DNA of 26,821 nucleotides from a virus (lineage: Duplodnaviria > Caudoviricetes): the IMG/VR virus record IMGVR_UViG_3300027571_000061, positions 1 through 26,821 of that record. One strand, 5' to 3'. Positions 8,366 to 16,060 of the stretch are shown in pieces. Below the pieces are notes generated by a model that was not told the origin of the DNA, made no database searches, and worked only from the letters and a program-made list of their open reading frames with translations. How positions within the stretch are numbered: position 1 is the stretch's first letter; each line of letters begins with the position of its first letter. Made by a program: the position numbers and the translations under genes.

Positions 8366-8983
8366 ATGCTGGAAGAACTATTCACAGAACAACGGACTGA
8401 CGAATGGCACAAGCAACGAATGGGGAAGTTTACGGCTTCCCGATTTGGTGAACTTATGACCAATGCACGGAAGAAAGACGAAGTGCTAGGAGCAACCGCA
8501 GTAAGCTACATTTATGAGAAGGCGGCAGAACTCTTGACGGAAGAGCGCAAAGAAATCTTCGGAGCGGCTTTGGATTGGGGAACTGAAAACGAACCAATAT
8601 GCAAGGCTTACTTCCAAGAGACTACTGGCTTAACGATTGAAGAGATGCCGTTCGTTCCGATTAACGAATACTCAGGCGCAAGTCCTGACGGAATGGTCAA
8701 CGGAGAACTTATCGAAATCAAGTGCCCGTACAATACCAGCAACCACTTAAAGACTGCATTCGAGGGTTATATTGACCCTAAGTATATGTGGCAAATGCAA
8801 GGTCAAATGTTAGCAACTGGTGCGGTGGCTTGTAGGTTCGTTAGCTTCGACCCACGCATTAAAGACGAACGCTTTAAACTGATTGAGATTAGAGTAGAGC
8901 AAGACCTTGAAATGCAAGAGCAACTCCGGGAGAGATTGGAGTTTGCAAATGATTACCTTCGTAACTTAATAAACCCAAAATAA
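8366..8983 (+). CDS. YqaJ-like (lambda exonuclease family) viral recombinase/exonuclease
   Basis: EWHKQRMGKFTASRF, WGTENE, GASPDG, IEIKCP, YMWQMQGQM. Confidence 0.92.
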   Translation: MLEELFTEQRTDEWHKQRMGKFTASRFGELMTNARKKDEVLGATAVSYIYEKAAELLTEERKEIFGAALDWGTENEPICKAYFQETTGLTIEEMPFVPINEYSGASPDGMVNGELIEIKCPYNTSNHLKTAFEGYIDPKYMWQMQGQMLATGAVACRFVSFDPRIKDERFKLIEIRVEQDLEMQEQLRERLEFANDYLRNLINPK

Positions 8984-8984
8984 A

Positions 8985-9260
8985 ATGGAAAACAAAGTAG
9001 TATTTATAGACGGTGTGAACGTCTTTACACCGAATGAGAAAGCACCCGACTTTGTGAAAGCGAGTCTTGTGATTAACCCGACTAAGCTAATCGCTTGGTT
9101 GAAGGAAAACGAACAGCATTTAACTGAAGGAAAAGAAGGTCTTGAACTTCGGACTCAGATAAAGGAAAGTAAGCAAGGGAAACTTTACGCTTCAGTCGAT
9201 ACCTTTAAGCCTAAACCACAAGCGGCTACCCTTGAAGCAACTGACGACCTTCCATTTTGA
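8985..9260 (+). CDS. Putative single-stranded DNA-binding protein
   Basis: Acidic SSB-type C-terminal tip DDLPF; PDF motif; position in the recombination module. Confidence 0.65.
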   Translation: MENKVVFIDGVNVFTPNEKAPDFVKASLVINPTKLIAWLKENEQHLTEGKEGLELRTQIKESKQGKLYASVDTFKPKPQAATLEATDDLPF

Positions 9261-9643
9261 AGAAGAGTAGAAGTAAAATAGTCAAAGAGTTAGATGCCGC
9301 CTTCAGTCGATTCATTCGGTTGAGGGCGGTTAACCTTGACGGCTTTGTAGAGTGCTACACTTGCGGACGCAGCTATGAAGTAAAGAAGATTCAGAACGGT
9401 CATTTTATGAGCCGAGCAAGATACGCGACAAGGTGGCACGAAGATAACTGCCGACCACAATGCTACGGATGTAACGTAATGCAGCAAGGACGACAATACG
9501 ACTTCGGCTTAAACCTTGACCGGGAACGTGAAGGACTGGCGGACGAGATGCACCAGCTTAGTTTAACCACCGTGAAGCTGGCCACTTGGGAACTGGAGGA
9601 GATGCTGAAGCACTACTGTGAGAAGGTTAAGGAACTAGAATAA
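9257..9643 (+). CDS. ninG: NinG/Rap-like recombination endonuclease
   Basis: LDAAFSRFIRLR, CYTCG, GHFMSR, TRWHEDNCRPQCYGCN. Confidence 0.85.
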   Translation: MKKSRSKIVKELDAAFSRFIRLRAVNLDGFVECYTCGRSYEVKKIQNGHFMSRARYATRWHEDNCRPQCYGCNVMQQGRQYDFGLNLDREREGLADEMHQLSLTTVKLATWELEEMLKHYCEKVKELE

Positions 9644-9660
9644 AAAAATTTATTTTAATA

Positions 9661-9692
9661 TAGTGAATATTCAAAAGATATATATATATTTG
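9661..9692 (+). promoter_or_regulatory. Promoter/operator repeat copy 3 (diverged)
   Basis: TAGTGAATATTCAAAAGATATATATATATTTG: perfect palindrome TGAATATTCA and TATATTTG at 9685-9692. Confidence 0.7.
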
Positions 9693-9714
9693 TTGAAACA
9701 AAAACAAAGAAACC

Positions 9715-9945
9715 ATGACAACCTCAACAATCACAAAGACAATAAACAAGCTAAACGTATTAATTAATACTTCTGAATACAGTTTAGGATTCAATAGATT
9801 GAGTGTATTGCCTTCAAGAGTACGCAGAGCCTTAGATTTAGCTATCTATTTAAAAACAGAAAGCATAAACACTCATTCATTCAAAGTTGATTTTTTCCAA
9901 AAGATGAACGAACAAGAGTACATTAACTATTTAAAAACAGCTTAA
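9715..9945 (+). CDS. Hypothetical protein
   Basis: First ORF after promoter copy 3, A-rich start. Confidence 0.6.
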   Translation: MTTSTITKTINKLNVLINTSEYSLGFNRLSVLPSRVRRALDLAIYLKTESINTHSFKVDFFQKMNEQEYINYLKTA

Positions 9946-9948
9946 ACA

Positions 9949-10164
9949 ATGAAAGCATTAACACACAAAGACTTTAGACGATTAGGCTTCGAGTTAGTTC
10001 AGGATGAAGCGTATAGACTTGGAAATATCAGAATAGACTGCTACGAAGGTAAAAATGGCATTGGTCAAGACTTCATCATAACGATAGACGATATTGTCTA
10101 TTGCTGGGTCGAAACATTTGAAGAATTAGAAACAATAATCGAAAACAACTTAATAAAAGACTAA
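9949..10164 (+). CDS. Hypothetical protein
   Basis: 71 aa, tightly packed; LxxxDFRRLGFE motif common in small phage proteins. Confidence 0.6.
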   Translation: MKALTHKDFRRLGFELVQDEAYRLGNIRIDCYEGKNGIGQDFIITIDDIVYCWVETFEELETIIENNLIKD

Positions 10165-10165
10165 C

Positions 10166-10441
10166 ATGGAATTTGAATTTACAACAGAAATCGAAGAAGC
10201 AGACGTTACAATCAGATTTGATTACCAACCCGAAGAGTCAACGGTACTATATTACTCTGATGGCTCAGGTTATCCGGGTTGTGCAGCATCAGTTGATAAC
10301 ATCGAAGTATATTGGCATACTCAAAAATTCAACTCTACAATCTTAAAGCACGATGATGTAAAGATTGATGTTACTGATTTTCTTCGAGAATTAGGTCAAG
10401 ACCTAGAAAAACTTTGCTTTAACTTTTTAGCTGACCAATAA
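10166..10441 (+). CDS. Hypothetical acidic protein
   Basis: 91 aa with YSDGSGYPGC; tightly packed. Confidence 0.65.
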   Translation: MEFEFTTEIEEADVTIRFDYQPEESTVLYYSDGSGYPGCAASVDNIEVYWHTQKFNSTILKHDDVKIDVTDFLRELGQDLEKLCFNFLADQ

Positions 10442-10590
10442 TGATTGTAAAATTAACCACCGAGCAGAGCGTTTACATTGAGATAGACGGCTACACTTAC
10501 TACATCGACCACTCGTTAGACGAGCCGATTGTCGAACGCTGGACAGAAGAAACAGAACCAATAACCCTTTTACCTGAAGACAATGATTAA
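10441..10590 (+). CDS. Small acidic protein (49 aa, absent from ORF track)
   Basis: MIVKLTTEQSVYIEIDGYTYYIDHSLDEPIVERWTEETEPITLLPEDND*, TAATG-coupled to the upstream gene. Confidence 0.65.
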   Translation: MIVKLTTEQSVYIEIDGYTYYIDHSLDEPIVERWTEETEPITLLPEDND

Positions 10591-10762
10591 AATACCCAAA
10601 ATCGAAGAGGTAACTCAAGAGGCTAACGCCAAGAAGATAACCGCTTACCGAATAGCTAAAGATACAAGGCTTTCAACGCAAACCGTTTACGCCTATTTCA
10701 AAGGCGAACGAGTAAGCGTGAGAACTCAAGAAGTAATAATCAACTACATTAACAAATACTAA
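10583..10762 (+). CDS. Cro/XRE-like HTH regulator (59 aa, absent from ORF track)
   Basis: MIKIPKIEEVTQEANAKKITAYRIAKDTRLSTQTVYAYFKGERVSVRTQEVIINYINKY*: classic HTH pattern, TAATG-coupled to the next gene. Confidence 0.75.
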   Translation: MIKIPKIEEVTQEANAKKITAYRIAKDTRLSTQTVYAYFKGERVSVRTQEVIINYINKY

Positions 10763-11067
10763 TGTTTTACAACACGAACGAAGAAAAAGGAACGACTCTC
10801 AAAGAGTCCCGGAAGAAATCCAAAACTCAAGACGAACTTGTACTGGAATACTTTAAGAACTACGATAACTTAGGCGCAACGCCTGAGCGAGTTTTAAGGC
10901 ACTTTAAGATAATGGAAACACTATCGGAAAGCAAGTGGCACAACACGCCCATAACGTCCGTTAGAAGGTCATTCAGCAACCTTAAAAACAAAGGGTTGAT
11001 TAAGAAAACAGAAGTATTAATTGAGGGCGACTTCGGTAAAAACATCCACGTATGGAAACTAGTCTAA
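10762..11067 (+). CDS. Winged-HTH DNA-binding protein (hypothetical)
   Basis: TPITSVRRSFSNLKNKGLIKKT...GDFGKNIHVWKL resembles a wHTH recognition helix plus wing. Confidence 0.6.
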   Translation: MFYNTNEEKGTTLKESRKKSKTQDELVLEYFKNYDNLGATPERVLRHFKIMETLSESKWHNTPITSVRRSFSNLKNKGLIKKTEVLIEGDFGKNIHVWKLV

Positions 11068-11507
11068 TGGTTCGGATAACACCCGAAATAAAACAAGAGT
11101 TAAACGAGATTCTCACGTTGGCTGGTGGTTACTTCAATTACAAAACCCAACACTTGATTGATTTATTAAACGGAGACCTTGCTTACGCTGATGTTCATCG
11201 TGAGACTCAGGAGATAATTCGCAGAGTTGTTCTTGCAACTGGACACAGTTACGATATAATCAAGTCAAAGACGAGAGAAAGGAGGATAGTTTGCGCTCGT
11301 CAGTTTGCTATTTGGAAGGTCTACACAGAACTATATTCGCACGGCTATACGCTACATATGATTGCGGACGTTTTCAACCGAGACCACGCTACAATTCTTT
11401 ACTCGGTGAAAGTAGTGAAGGGAATGTTGAAATTTAACGACCCAATATTTGCTAAGATAAATTATAATTATAATCAAATTGAAGAAGATGAACGAGCAAC
11501 ATCTTAA
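11067..11507 (+). CDS. DnaA C-terminal (domain IV)-like HTH protein
   Basis: SKTRERRIVCARQFAIW...TLHMIADVFNRDHATILYS matches the DnaA domain IV pattern. Start at 11067 (TAATG) or 11052. Confidence 0.8.
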   Translation: MVRITPEIKQELNEILTLAGGYFNYKTQHLIDLLNGDLAYADVHRETQEIIRRVVLATGHSYDIIKSKTRERRIVCARQFAIWKVYTELYSHGYTLHMIADVFNRDHATILYSVKVVKGMLKFNDPIFAKINYNYNQIEEDERATS

Positions 11508-11748
11508 AGCGTTAAAGTGTATGGTATTTGCCCAGTCTTTTGTAGAGGCGTTAGACGACTTCGGAGGGTCAAGCGCATTCAAGCACCAGTTAAAGAACAA
11601 AGGGAACTCATTCGCTAAAGAGGTGGACAAGTTTCTAAACAGTACCTATTCAAAAGGCAGCACCGACACGTCCATAGTTAACCTAATCGAAGGTTGTCAA
11701 GATGCTATCGACAAGCTGGTAGAGCAGAGCGTAACGGTAACCGAGTAA
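11488..11748 (+). CDS. Hypothetical protein
   Basis: ATG at 11488 (MNEQHLKALK...) preferred over TTG at 11479. Confidence 0.6.
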   Translation: MNEQHLKALKCMVFAQSFVEALDDFGGSSAFKHQLKNKGNSFAKEVDKFLNSTYSKGSTDTSIVNLIEGCQDAIDKLVEQSVTVTE

Positions 11749-11881
11749 TAAGATTGTGAGTAACAAAAATGTGAGTTGTAAACTGATTGGTTTACATAAC
11801 ACGCAATAAAGTAAACATAACGGTTGCTTTTTGTATAGAGTATTAAGCATTACAAGTGATTTAGTAGATACAAATAGTAAT

Positions 11882-12195
11882 TAAACCAAAACAAAGATGA
11901 GTAAAAAAGAACAACATGATATATTCTTAAGTAGTTACTTTTTAGGTATGGGGTCTGGAATACTATTGGGTATAACAATAGGTTTTTATTTTATGTAAAC
12001 CAAAACAAAGAAGATGAATAAAGAAGGAATTGAAAAACATAGGTGGGGTTATTACTCAAAGACAGAACCTAATAAACTTATAGCCACTTGTATTGCAAGT
12101 ACGCTTTATGAAGCAGAATCTTATTTTGAAGATATAGGATTAGTTGTTGATTCTTATGTGGAAATTAAAATCATAAACCAAAACAAAGAAGATGA
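11882..12195 (+). repeat. Three dispersed copies of TAAACCAAAACAAAG(AAG)ATGA bounding micro-ORF cassettes
   Basis: Copies at 11882-11900, 11996-12017 and 12174-12195; each supplies the ATG of the following ORF. Confidence 0.85.
11897..11998 (+). CDS. Small membrane peptide (33 aa)
   Basis: MSKKEQHDIFLSSYFLGMGSGILLGITIGFYFM*; ATG in repeat 1, stop is the TAA of repeat 2. Confidence 0.55.
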   Translation: MSKKEQHDIFLSSYFLGMGSGILLGITIGFYFM

Positions 12196-12211
12196 AACGA
12201 TACCAAGTTAA
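12014..12211 (+). CDS. Hypothetical protein (cassette)
   Basis: ATG in repeat 2; reads through repeat 3 (INQNKEDE). Confidence 0.6.
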   Translation: MNKEGIEKHRWGYYSKTEPNKLIATCIASTLYEAESYFEDIGLVVDSYVEIKIINQNKEDETIPS

Positions 12212-12314
12212 AAGATGGGACAAGCGGAATACTCTTCGCTTTTGGAAGTATGCCACTCCAGCAATAACCTTAATTTGGTTATTTATTGTTGGTATTGTGG
12301 GAAGTATTTTGTAG
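12192..12314 (+). CDS. Small membrane peptide (40 aa)
   Basis: MKRYQVKRWDKRNTLRFWKYATPAITLIWLFIVGIVGSIL*; ATG in repeat 3. Confidence 0.55.
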   Translation: MKRYQVKRWDKRNTLRFWKYATPAITLIWLFIVGIVGSIL

Positions 12315-12445
12315 ATTTGTAATGTCTATGCACACGGGCGATTCTTAAAATCCTAACAAATGAAAAATAATCTTATAGGGGATAAAACCGACCACCGACT
12401 TGTTAGGTTCTGTGGGTTGGGGTGCGTCAACACCTCCCCTTTTTT
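12312..12445 (+). promoter_or_regulatory. Promoter (TAGATTTG) plus structured 5' leader ending in a U-tract
   Basis: TAnnTTTG at 12312-12319; several complementary segments; AGGGGA/TCCCCT helix followed by TTTTT. Confidence 0.5.
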
Positions 12446-12449
12446 CAAA

Positions 12450-12908
12450 ATGTCAAGAACTAGAGAAGATATACTTGATGATATATTAAAAATCAAGTGG
12501 GAGATACACCCTTCTTTTGGACAGTCATATCTGACTTACGAGAACCAAGCTAAGTATGATGCGCTTATTTCAGAAGGTAGAACGTTACAAGTTTTTACTG
12601 ACAATGAACACATTGTGTTAATGACAATATTTAATAGCGGTGTTCGTCATCTATCAGAACTTAAAGCACATCTAAGAAACCAACCCAGACGAGATGCTCA
12701 GGCGTTCATTGGTAAAAATAACATTAGAGTATGGCTATTTAAAAGAGACCGCTGGAGGTGTTTGTGTTGTGGCTCTAGTAAGCAACTAACTGTTGACCAT
12801 ATTGTGCCAGTAAATAAGGGTGGAAATAACACATTAAGCAATCTTCAAACACTATGTAGAAGCTGCAATTCAAGAAAGAGTGATTCATTTAAAGATTACA
12901 GAATATGA
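12450..12908 (+). CDS. HNH endonuclease
   Basis: RDRWRCLCCG...LTVDHIVPVNKGGNNTLSNLQTLCRSCNSRK. Start at 12450 after the leader; an in-frame ATG at 12360 is an alternative. Confidence 0.88.
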   Translation: MSRTREDILDDILKIKWEIHPSFGQSYLTYENQAKYDALISEGRTLQVFTDNEHIVLMTIFNSGVRHLSELKAHLRNQPRRDAQAFIGKNNIRVWLFKRDRWRCLCCGSSKQLTVDHIVPVNKGGNNTLSNLQTLCRSCNSRKSDSFKDYRI

Positions 12909-13561
12909 ACGGCTACGAACTAAGTAGAAATTTTTGGAACTTTGCGTTTGATAATCCTGAAAAGGTTAGACCGTATCATATAGCTATTTACTTTTTTTCA
13001 ATAGAGCATTGCAATAGGTTGGGATGGAAAAAGAAGTTTGGTTTTCCAACTAGTATGGTAATGGAAGCAACTGGCATTAAGTCATACAATAGCTACAAGA
13101 AATATTTTGACGATATAGTAGATTGGGGCTTTTTCGATGTGATAGAATACTCTAAAAATCAATACTCATCTAACATTATCGCTCTATCATTAAAGGAGAA
13201 AGCACTTGATAAAGCACTTGATAAAGCATTGATAAAGCACGGGACAAAGCAAAGTGAAAGCACTTGTAGTATAGATAAACAAGAAACAAGTAAACAAATA
13301 AACAAGGAACAAGCACCACCATCGCTTGAAGAAGTTATTTTGTACTTTGACGAAAACGGCTATACTAAGGAATCAGCTACTAAGATGTTTGAATACTATG
13401 AAGAAAGCAGAAAGCCACGCGGCAGAGTTTGGAAAGATGGAAGGGGCAACACCGTTAAGAACTGGAAACAAAAGGCTCGTAGCGTTTGGTTTAAAACTGA
13501 TAACCTGAAGAGTAACCAAGAGTATGATTTTAAAAACTTTGACAACGTAATTTATCCGTAA
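12905..13561 (+). CDS. Phage replication initiator / replisome organiser
   Basis: N-terminal wHTH-like region (IEHCNRLGWKKKFGFPTSMVMEATGIKSY), repeat-encoded linker, C-terminal PPSLEEVILYF...WKDGRGNTVKNWKQK; upstream of the DnaC-like ATPase. Confidence 0.75.
   Translation: MNGYELSRNFWNFAFDNPEKVRPYHIAIYFFSIEHCNRLGWKKKFGFPTSMVMEATGIKSYNSYKKYFDDIVDWGFFDVIEYSKNQYSSNIIALSLKEKALDKALDKALIKHGTKQSESTCSIDKQETSKQINKEQAPPSLEEVILYFDENGYTKESATKMFEYYEESRKPRGRVWKDGRGNTVKNWKQKARSVWFKTDNLKSNQEYDFKNFDNVIYP
13199..13312 (+). repeat. Iteron-like repeats plus A-rich tract: putative replication origin
   Basis: AAAGCACTTGAT x2 (13199-13222), AAAGCATTGAT, AAAGCACGGG, AAAGCAAAGT, AAAGCACTTG (13257), then AACAAG-type repeats. 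Confidence 0.7.
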
Positions 13562-14217
13562 TGAAAGTATTGAATTTATATGCTTGTCTTGGAGGCAACC
13601 GATACAAGTGGGACGAAGTGGCTCAAGAAGCTGGAATCAAATTAGAAGTAACTGCCGTTGAGTTAGACCCTGAACTAGCTATAATGTACCAAGAGCGATT
13701 CCCTAACGACACGGTTATCGTTGCAGATGCACACCAGTATCTACTTGACCACTACAAAGAGTTTGATTTTATTTGGAGTTCACCGCCTTGTCCAAGCCAT
13801 TCAAGGGCAAGATTTGCGGGTTATGGGGATGCATACCCAGTTTATCCCGATATGAAACTCTACCAAGAAATTATATTATTAGATAATTCTTTTAAAGGTA
13901 AATATGTAGTTGAAAATGTAATTCCATATTACGAGCCGTTAATACCAGCAAAGAAAAGAGGAAGGCATTTATATTGGACTAACTTTAATATACCCACTGT
14001 TTTAAGTGAAAGAAAATCGGTAGGGATGGAAAGCAAAGGGGAAATAAATCAATGGTGCGAGTTTCACGATTATGATTTTTGGAGTTACAAAGGAAAGCAG
14101 AGGACTGATAAAATCGCTCGCAACCTAGTAGACTACGAAGCTGGCAAAACAATACTTGAAACGGCTCTTGGTATTATACGCAAGAAAGACATAACCCAAA
14201 CAGAACTATTCAAATGA
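13561..14217 (+). CDS. DNA cytosine-C5 methyltransferase (compact)
   Basis: Motif I (LNLYACLGG), catalytic SPPC (IV), ENV (VI), RGRH (VIII), C-terminal RNLV (X-like). Confidence 0.85.
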   Translation: MKVLNLYACLGGNRYKWDEVAQEAGIKLEVTAVELDPELAIMYQERFPNDTVIVADAHQYLLDHYKEFDFIWSSPPCPSHSRARFAGYGDAYPVYPDMKLYQEIILLDNSFKGKYVVENVIPYYEPLIPAKKRGRHLYWTNFNIPTVLSERKSVGMESKGEINQWCEFHDYDFWSYKGKQRTDKIARNLVDYEAGKTILETALGIIRKKDITQTELFK

Positions 14218-14864
14218 TACAAGACTATTTAAACCACCTGAACAACGGCTCAACAGTTTATAAGCTAAAGCCATACGGTGAAGAGAAATTTAACGGGGCA
14301 AGGTTAGCTTTTATTGAGTGCTGTAAGTCTATCGTTCCTAACTGGAGAGACGTAAGCCCAGCAACTACTGACCAGCTTGTAAGGTATTGCATTCAATCTG
14401 AAAAGTTCAAAGGCGACCTTTCCAAAGGCATTATCTTAATGGGAAACACGGGGGTAGGAAAGACAGTTTACTTGAAGGCACTTAGTTTGATGATGGGATA
14501 TACTAACAAGTTTAAGTTTAACATTTTTACGGGCTTTGAAATGGAACGACTTTACCAACTGGACTCGAACCACTCAGACGTTTATCCGTTAGAGTCTGCA
14601 CTTCAAAGTAAGATGTTTGGAATAGACGACTTAGGCGAAGAGCATTCTTCCATAAAGAGATACGGAACAGAAATAAACGTAGGTATTGATACGCTTACCC
14701 AACGCCACCAGCTATACACTAACAAAGGCTACCTAACGTTTGCCACGAGTAACCTTAACGCTGAGATGATGGCGAAGAAATACGGCAAGAGAATCGAAAG
14801 CCGAATGCACGAAATGTTTAATATTATTGGCGTAACTGGAAACGATTTAAGAAAAACGAAATGA
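14214..14864 (+). CDS. DnaC/IstB-like AAA+ ATPase (helicase loader)
   Basis: Walker A GNTGVGKT, Walker B IDDLG, ATSNL, YGKRIESRMHEM. Confidence 0.85.
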   Translation: MIQDYLNHLNNGSTVYKLKPYGEEKFNGARLAFIECCKSIVPNWRDVSPATTDQLVRYCIQSEKFKGDLSKGIILMGNTGVGKTVYLKALSLMMGYTNKFKFNIFTGFEMERLYQLDSNHSDVYPLESALQSKMFGIDDLGEEHSSIKRYGTEINVGIDTLTQRHQLYTNKGYLTFATSNLNAEMMAKKYGKRIESRMHEMFNIIGVTGNDLRKTK

Positions 14865-15043
14865 AAGAGAATGAGATATACAAAGAGGTTAATTTGAGAA
14901 TTAGAATAGCAATATCTAAGTTTGAAAATAACATGAACACCTCAGAACCTTGGACGCATAAGCACACAAACTCAGAGATTAGAAGAAGAAATTTAATCAA
15001 GGCTAGGGATACGCTTCTTAATGAGGGAATAATTAAAGACTAA
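14861..15043 (+). CDS. Hypothetical protein
   Basis: 60 aa, ATGA-coupled. Confidence 0.55.
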   Translation: MKENEIYKEVNLRIRIAISKFENNMNTSEPWTHKHTNSEIRRRNLIKARDTLLNEGIIKD

Positions 15044-15047
15044 CTAA

Positions 15048-15200
15048 ATGAAAACCTACGAAATCTTTACCGAGACATTTTCCAAACTAATCAAGGCAAT
15101 GGATAAGGATTCAGCTAAGATTGCATTTGAGCAGATGTTTAAAGATGCTGAGATAATTCAAATTAAGGAATACGACTTTATGGGGCAACGTGACGACTAA
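15048..15200 (+). CDS. Small protein (50 aa, absent from ORF track)
   Basis: MKTYEIFTETFSKLIKAMDKDSAKIAFEQMFKDAEIIQIKEYDFMGQRDD*, fills the gap exactly. Confidence 0.6.
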   Translation: MKTYEIFTETFSKLIKAMDKDSAKIAFEQMFKDAEIIQIKEYDFMGQRDD

Positions 15201-15223
15201 ATAAAAAATACTATCTTGGTCGC

Positions 15224-15805
15224 GTGAGAGACAAAGCGGTAATTGATTTAATCGGAGACGAAGAACTTCGGGAACTGGCTAATAAAATTTGCTCAGTCCC
15301 GGACGACCTTATCCAAGAAGTCGCACTTGTTCTAATGGAACTATCCGAAGAGAAGTGGCAACAAATAAATGAGGGCGGTTATCTTCGGTATTACGTTGTT
15401 CGGACGATGCTTAATATGGCTACCAGTCCACGTTCCAGCTTCTCCAAACTTTACAACCTACACAACTACGAGCAAATAGATTACGACCGAGAAGATTACG
15501 ACCAAGAAAAAGAGGACGACATCCAAATGCTGGAGATGCTTATGGAAGAGTTGTATTGGTATGACCGTAAGATTTTAGAAATGTGGCTGGACGAAGGTTC
15601 TTACAGAAAGGTTTCGGCAAAGGTCGGCATACCTTTTAAGTCGATAGGTAACTCAGTCAAAAGAGCATTAGAAACACTTAAGCAAAATTACTATGGAATA
15701 CATTTGGAACGCCTTGTCCGGGGCAACATTGGCTTACATTTGGATAGAGGTTATCGGAGTAGACATTCTAATCAAGAAGTGGATAAACATTCACGAACTC
15801 ACTAG
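15224..15805 (+). CDS. Phage RNA polymerase sigma factor (ECF-like)
   Basis: Region-2-like DDLIQEVAL...LRYYVVRTMLN; region-4 HTH LYWYDRKILEMWLDEGSYRKVSAKVGIPFKSIGNSVKRA. Confidence 0.75.
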   Translation: MRDKAVIDLIGDEELRELANKICSVPDDLIQEVALVLMELSEEKWQQINEGGYLRYYVVRTMLNMATSPRSSFSKLYNLHNYEQIDYDREDYDQEKEDDIQMLEMLMEELYWYDRKILEMWLDEGSYRKVSAKVGIPFKSIGNSVKRALETLKQNYYGIHLERLVRGNIGLHLDRGYRSRHSNQEVDKHSRTH

Positions 15806-15944
15806 GATTAAACCGTTTGACTGTCGGTTATGTTTGTCGTTTTGGTTTGGCGTGATGTTTGGAGCAGTTGACCCGTTAACGGCTTTGCAGACTGGACTTA
15901 TTGCGGTATTGGTTGAGCGGTTAATGTATCGGCTTGAGATATGA
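15693..15944 (+). CDS. Membrane protein with CxxC (DUF1360-like)
   Basis: KPFDCRLCLSFWFG motif and hydrophobic helices. Confidence 0.65.
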   Translation: MEYIWNALSGATLAYIWIEVIGVDILIKKWINIHELTRIKPFDCRLCLSFWFGVMFGAVDPLTALQTGLIAVLVERLMYRLEI

Positions 15945-16060
15945 GTAGCAAGATAGTTAAGTTAAACGGACACAAGCTAAAAGCTGAGAAGGTAGCTAAG
16001 AAGATTGACTCAATAGTGAGGTCTATTGAACGACTTGAAAAAATAAAGAGATGCTCATAA
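15941..16060 (+). CDS. Small basic protein (39 aa)
   Basis: MSSKIVKLNGHKLKAEKVAKKIDSIVRSIERLEKIKRCS*, ATGA-coupled. Confidence 0.45.
   Translation: MSSKIVKLNGHKLKAEKVAKKIDSIVRSIERLEKIKRCS

Noticed and set aside
11067-11507. Host dnaA gene or prophage boundary
   Set aside because: Only a domain-IV-like HTH with no AAA+ domain, embedded among phage genes; no host flank or att site is visible.
11882-12195. Mini-CRISPR array
   Set aside because: Repeats are 19-22 nt, non-palindromic and separated by 95 and 156 nt of coding sequence; no cas genes.
12320-12445. tRNA gene
   Set aside because: No cloverleaf, T-loop GTTCRA or CCA end; no tRNA recognised anywhere in the window.
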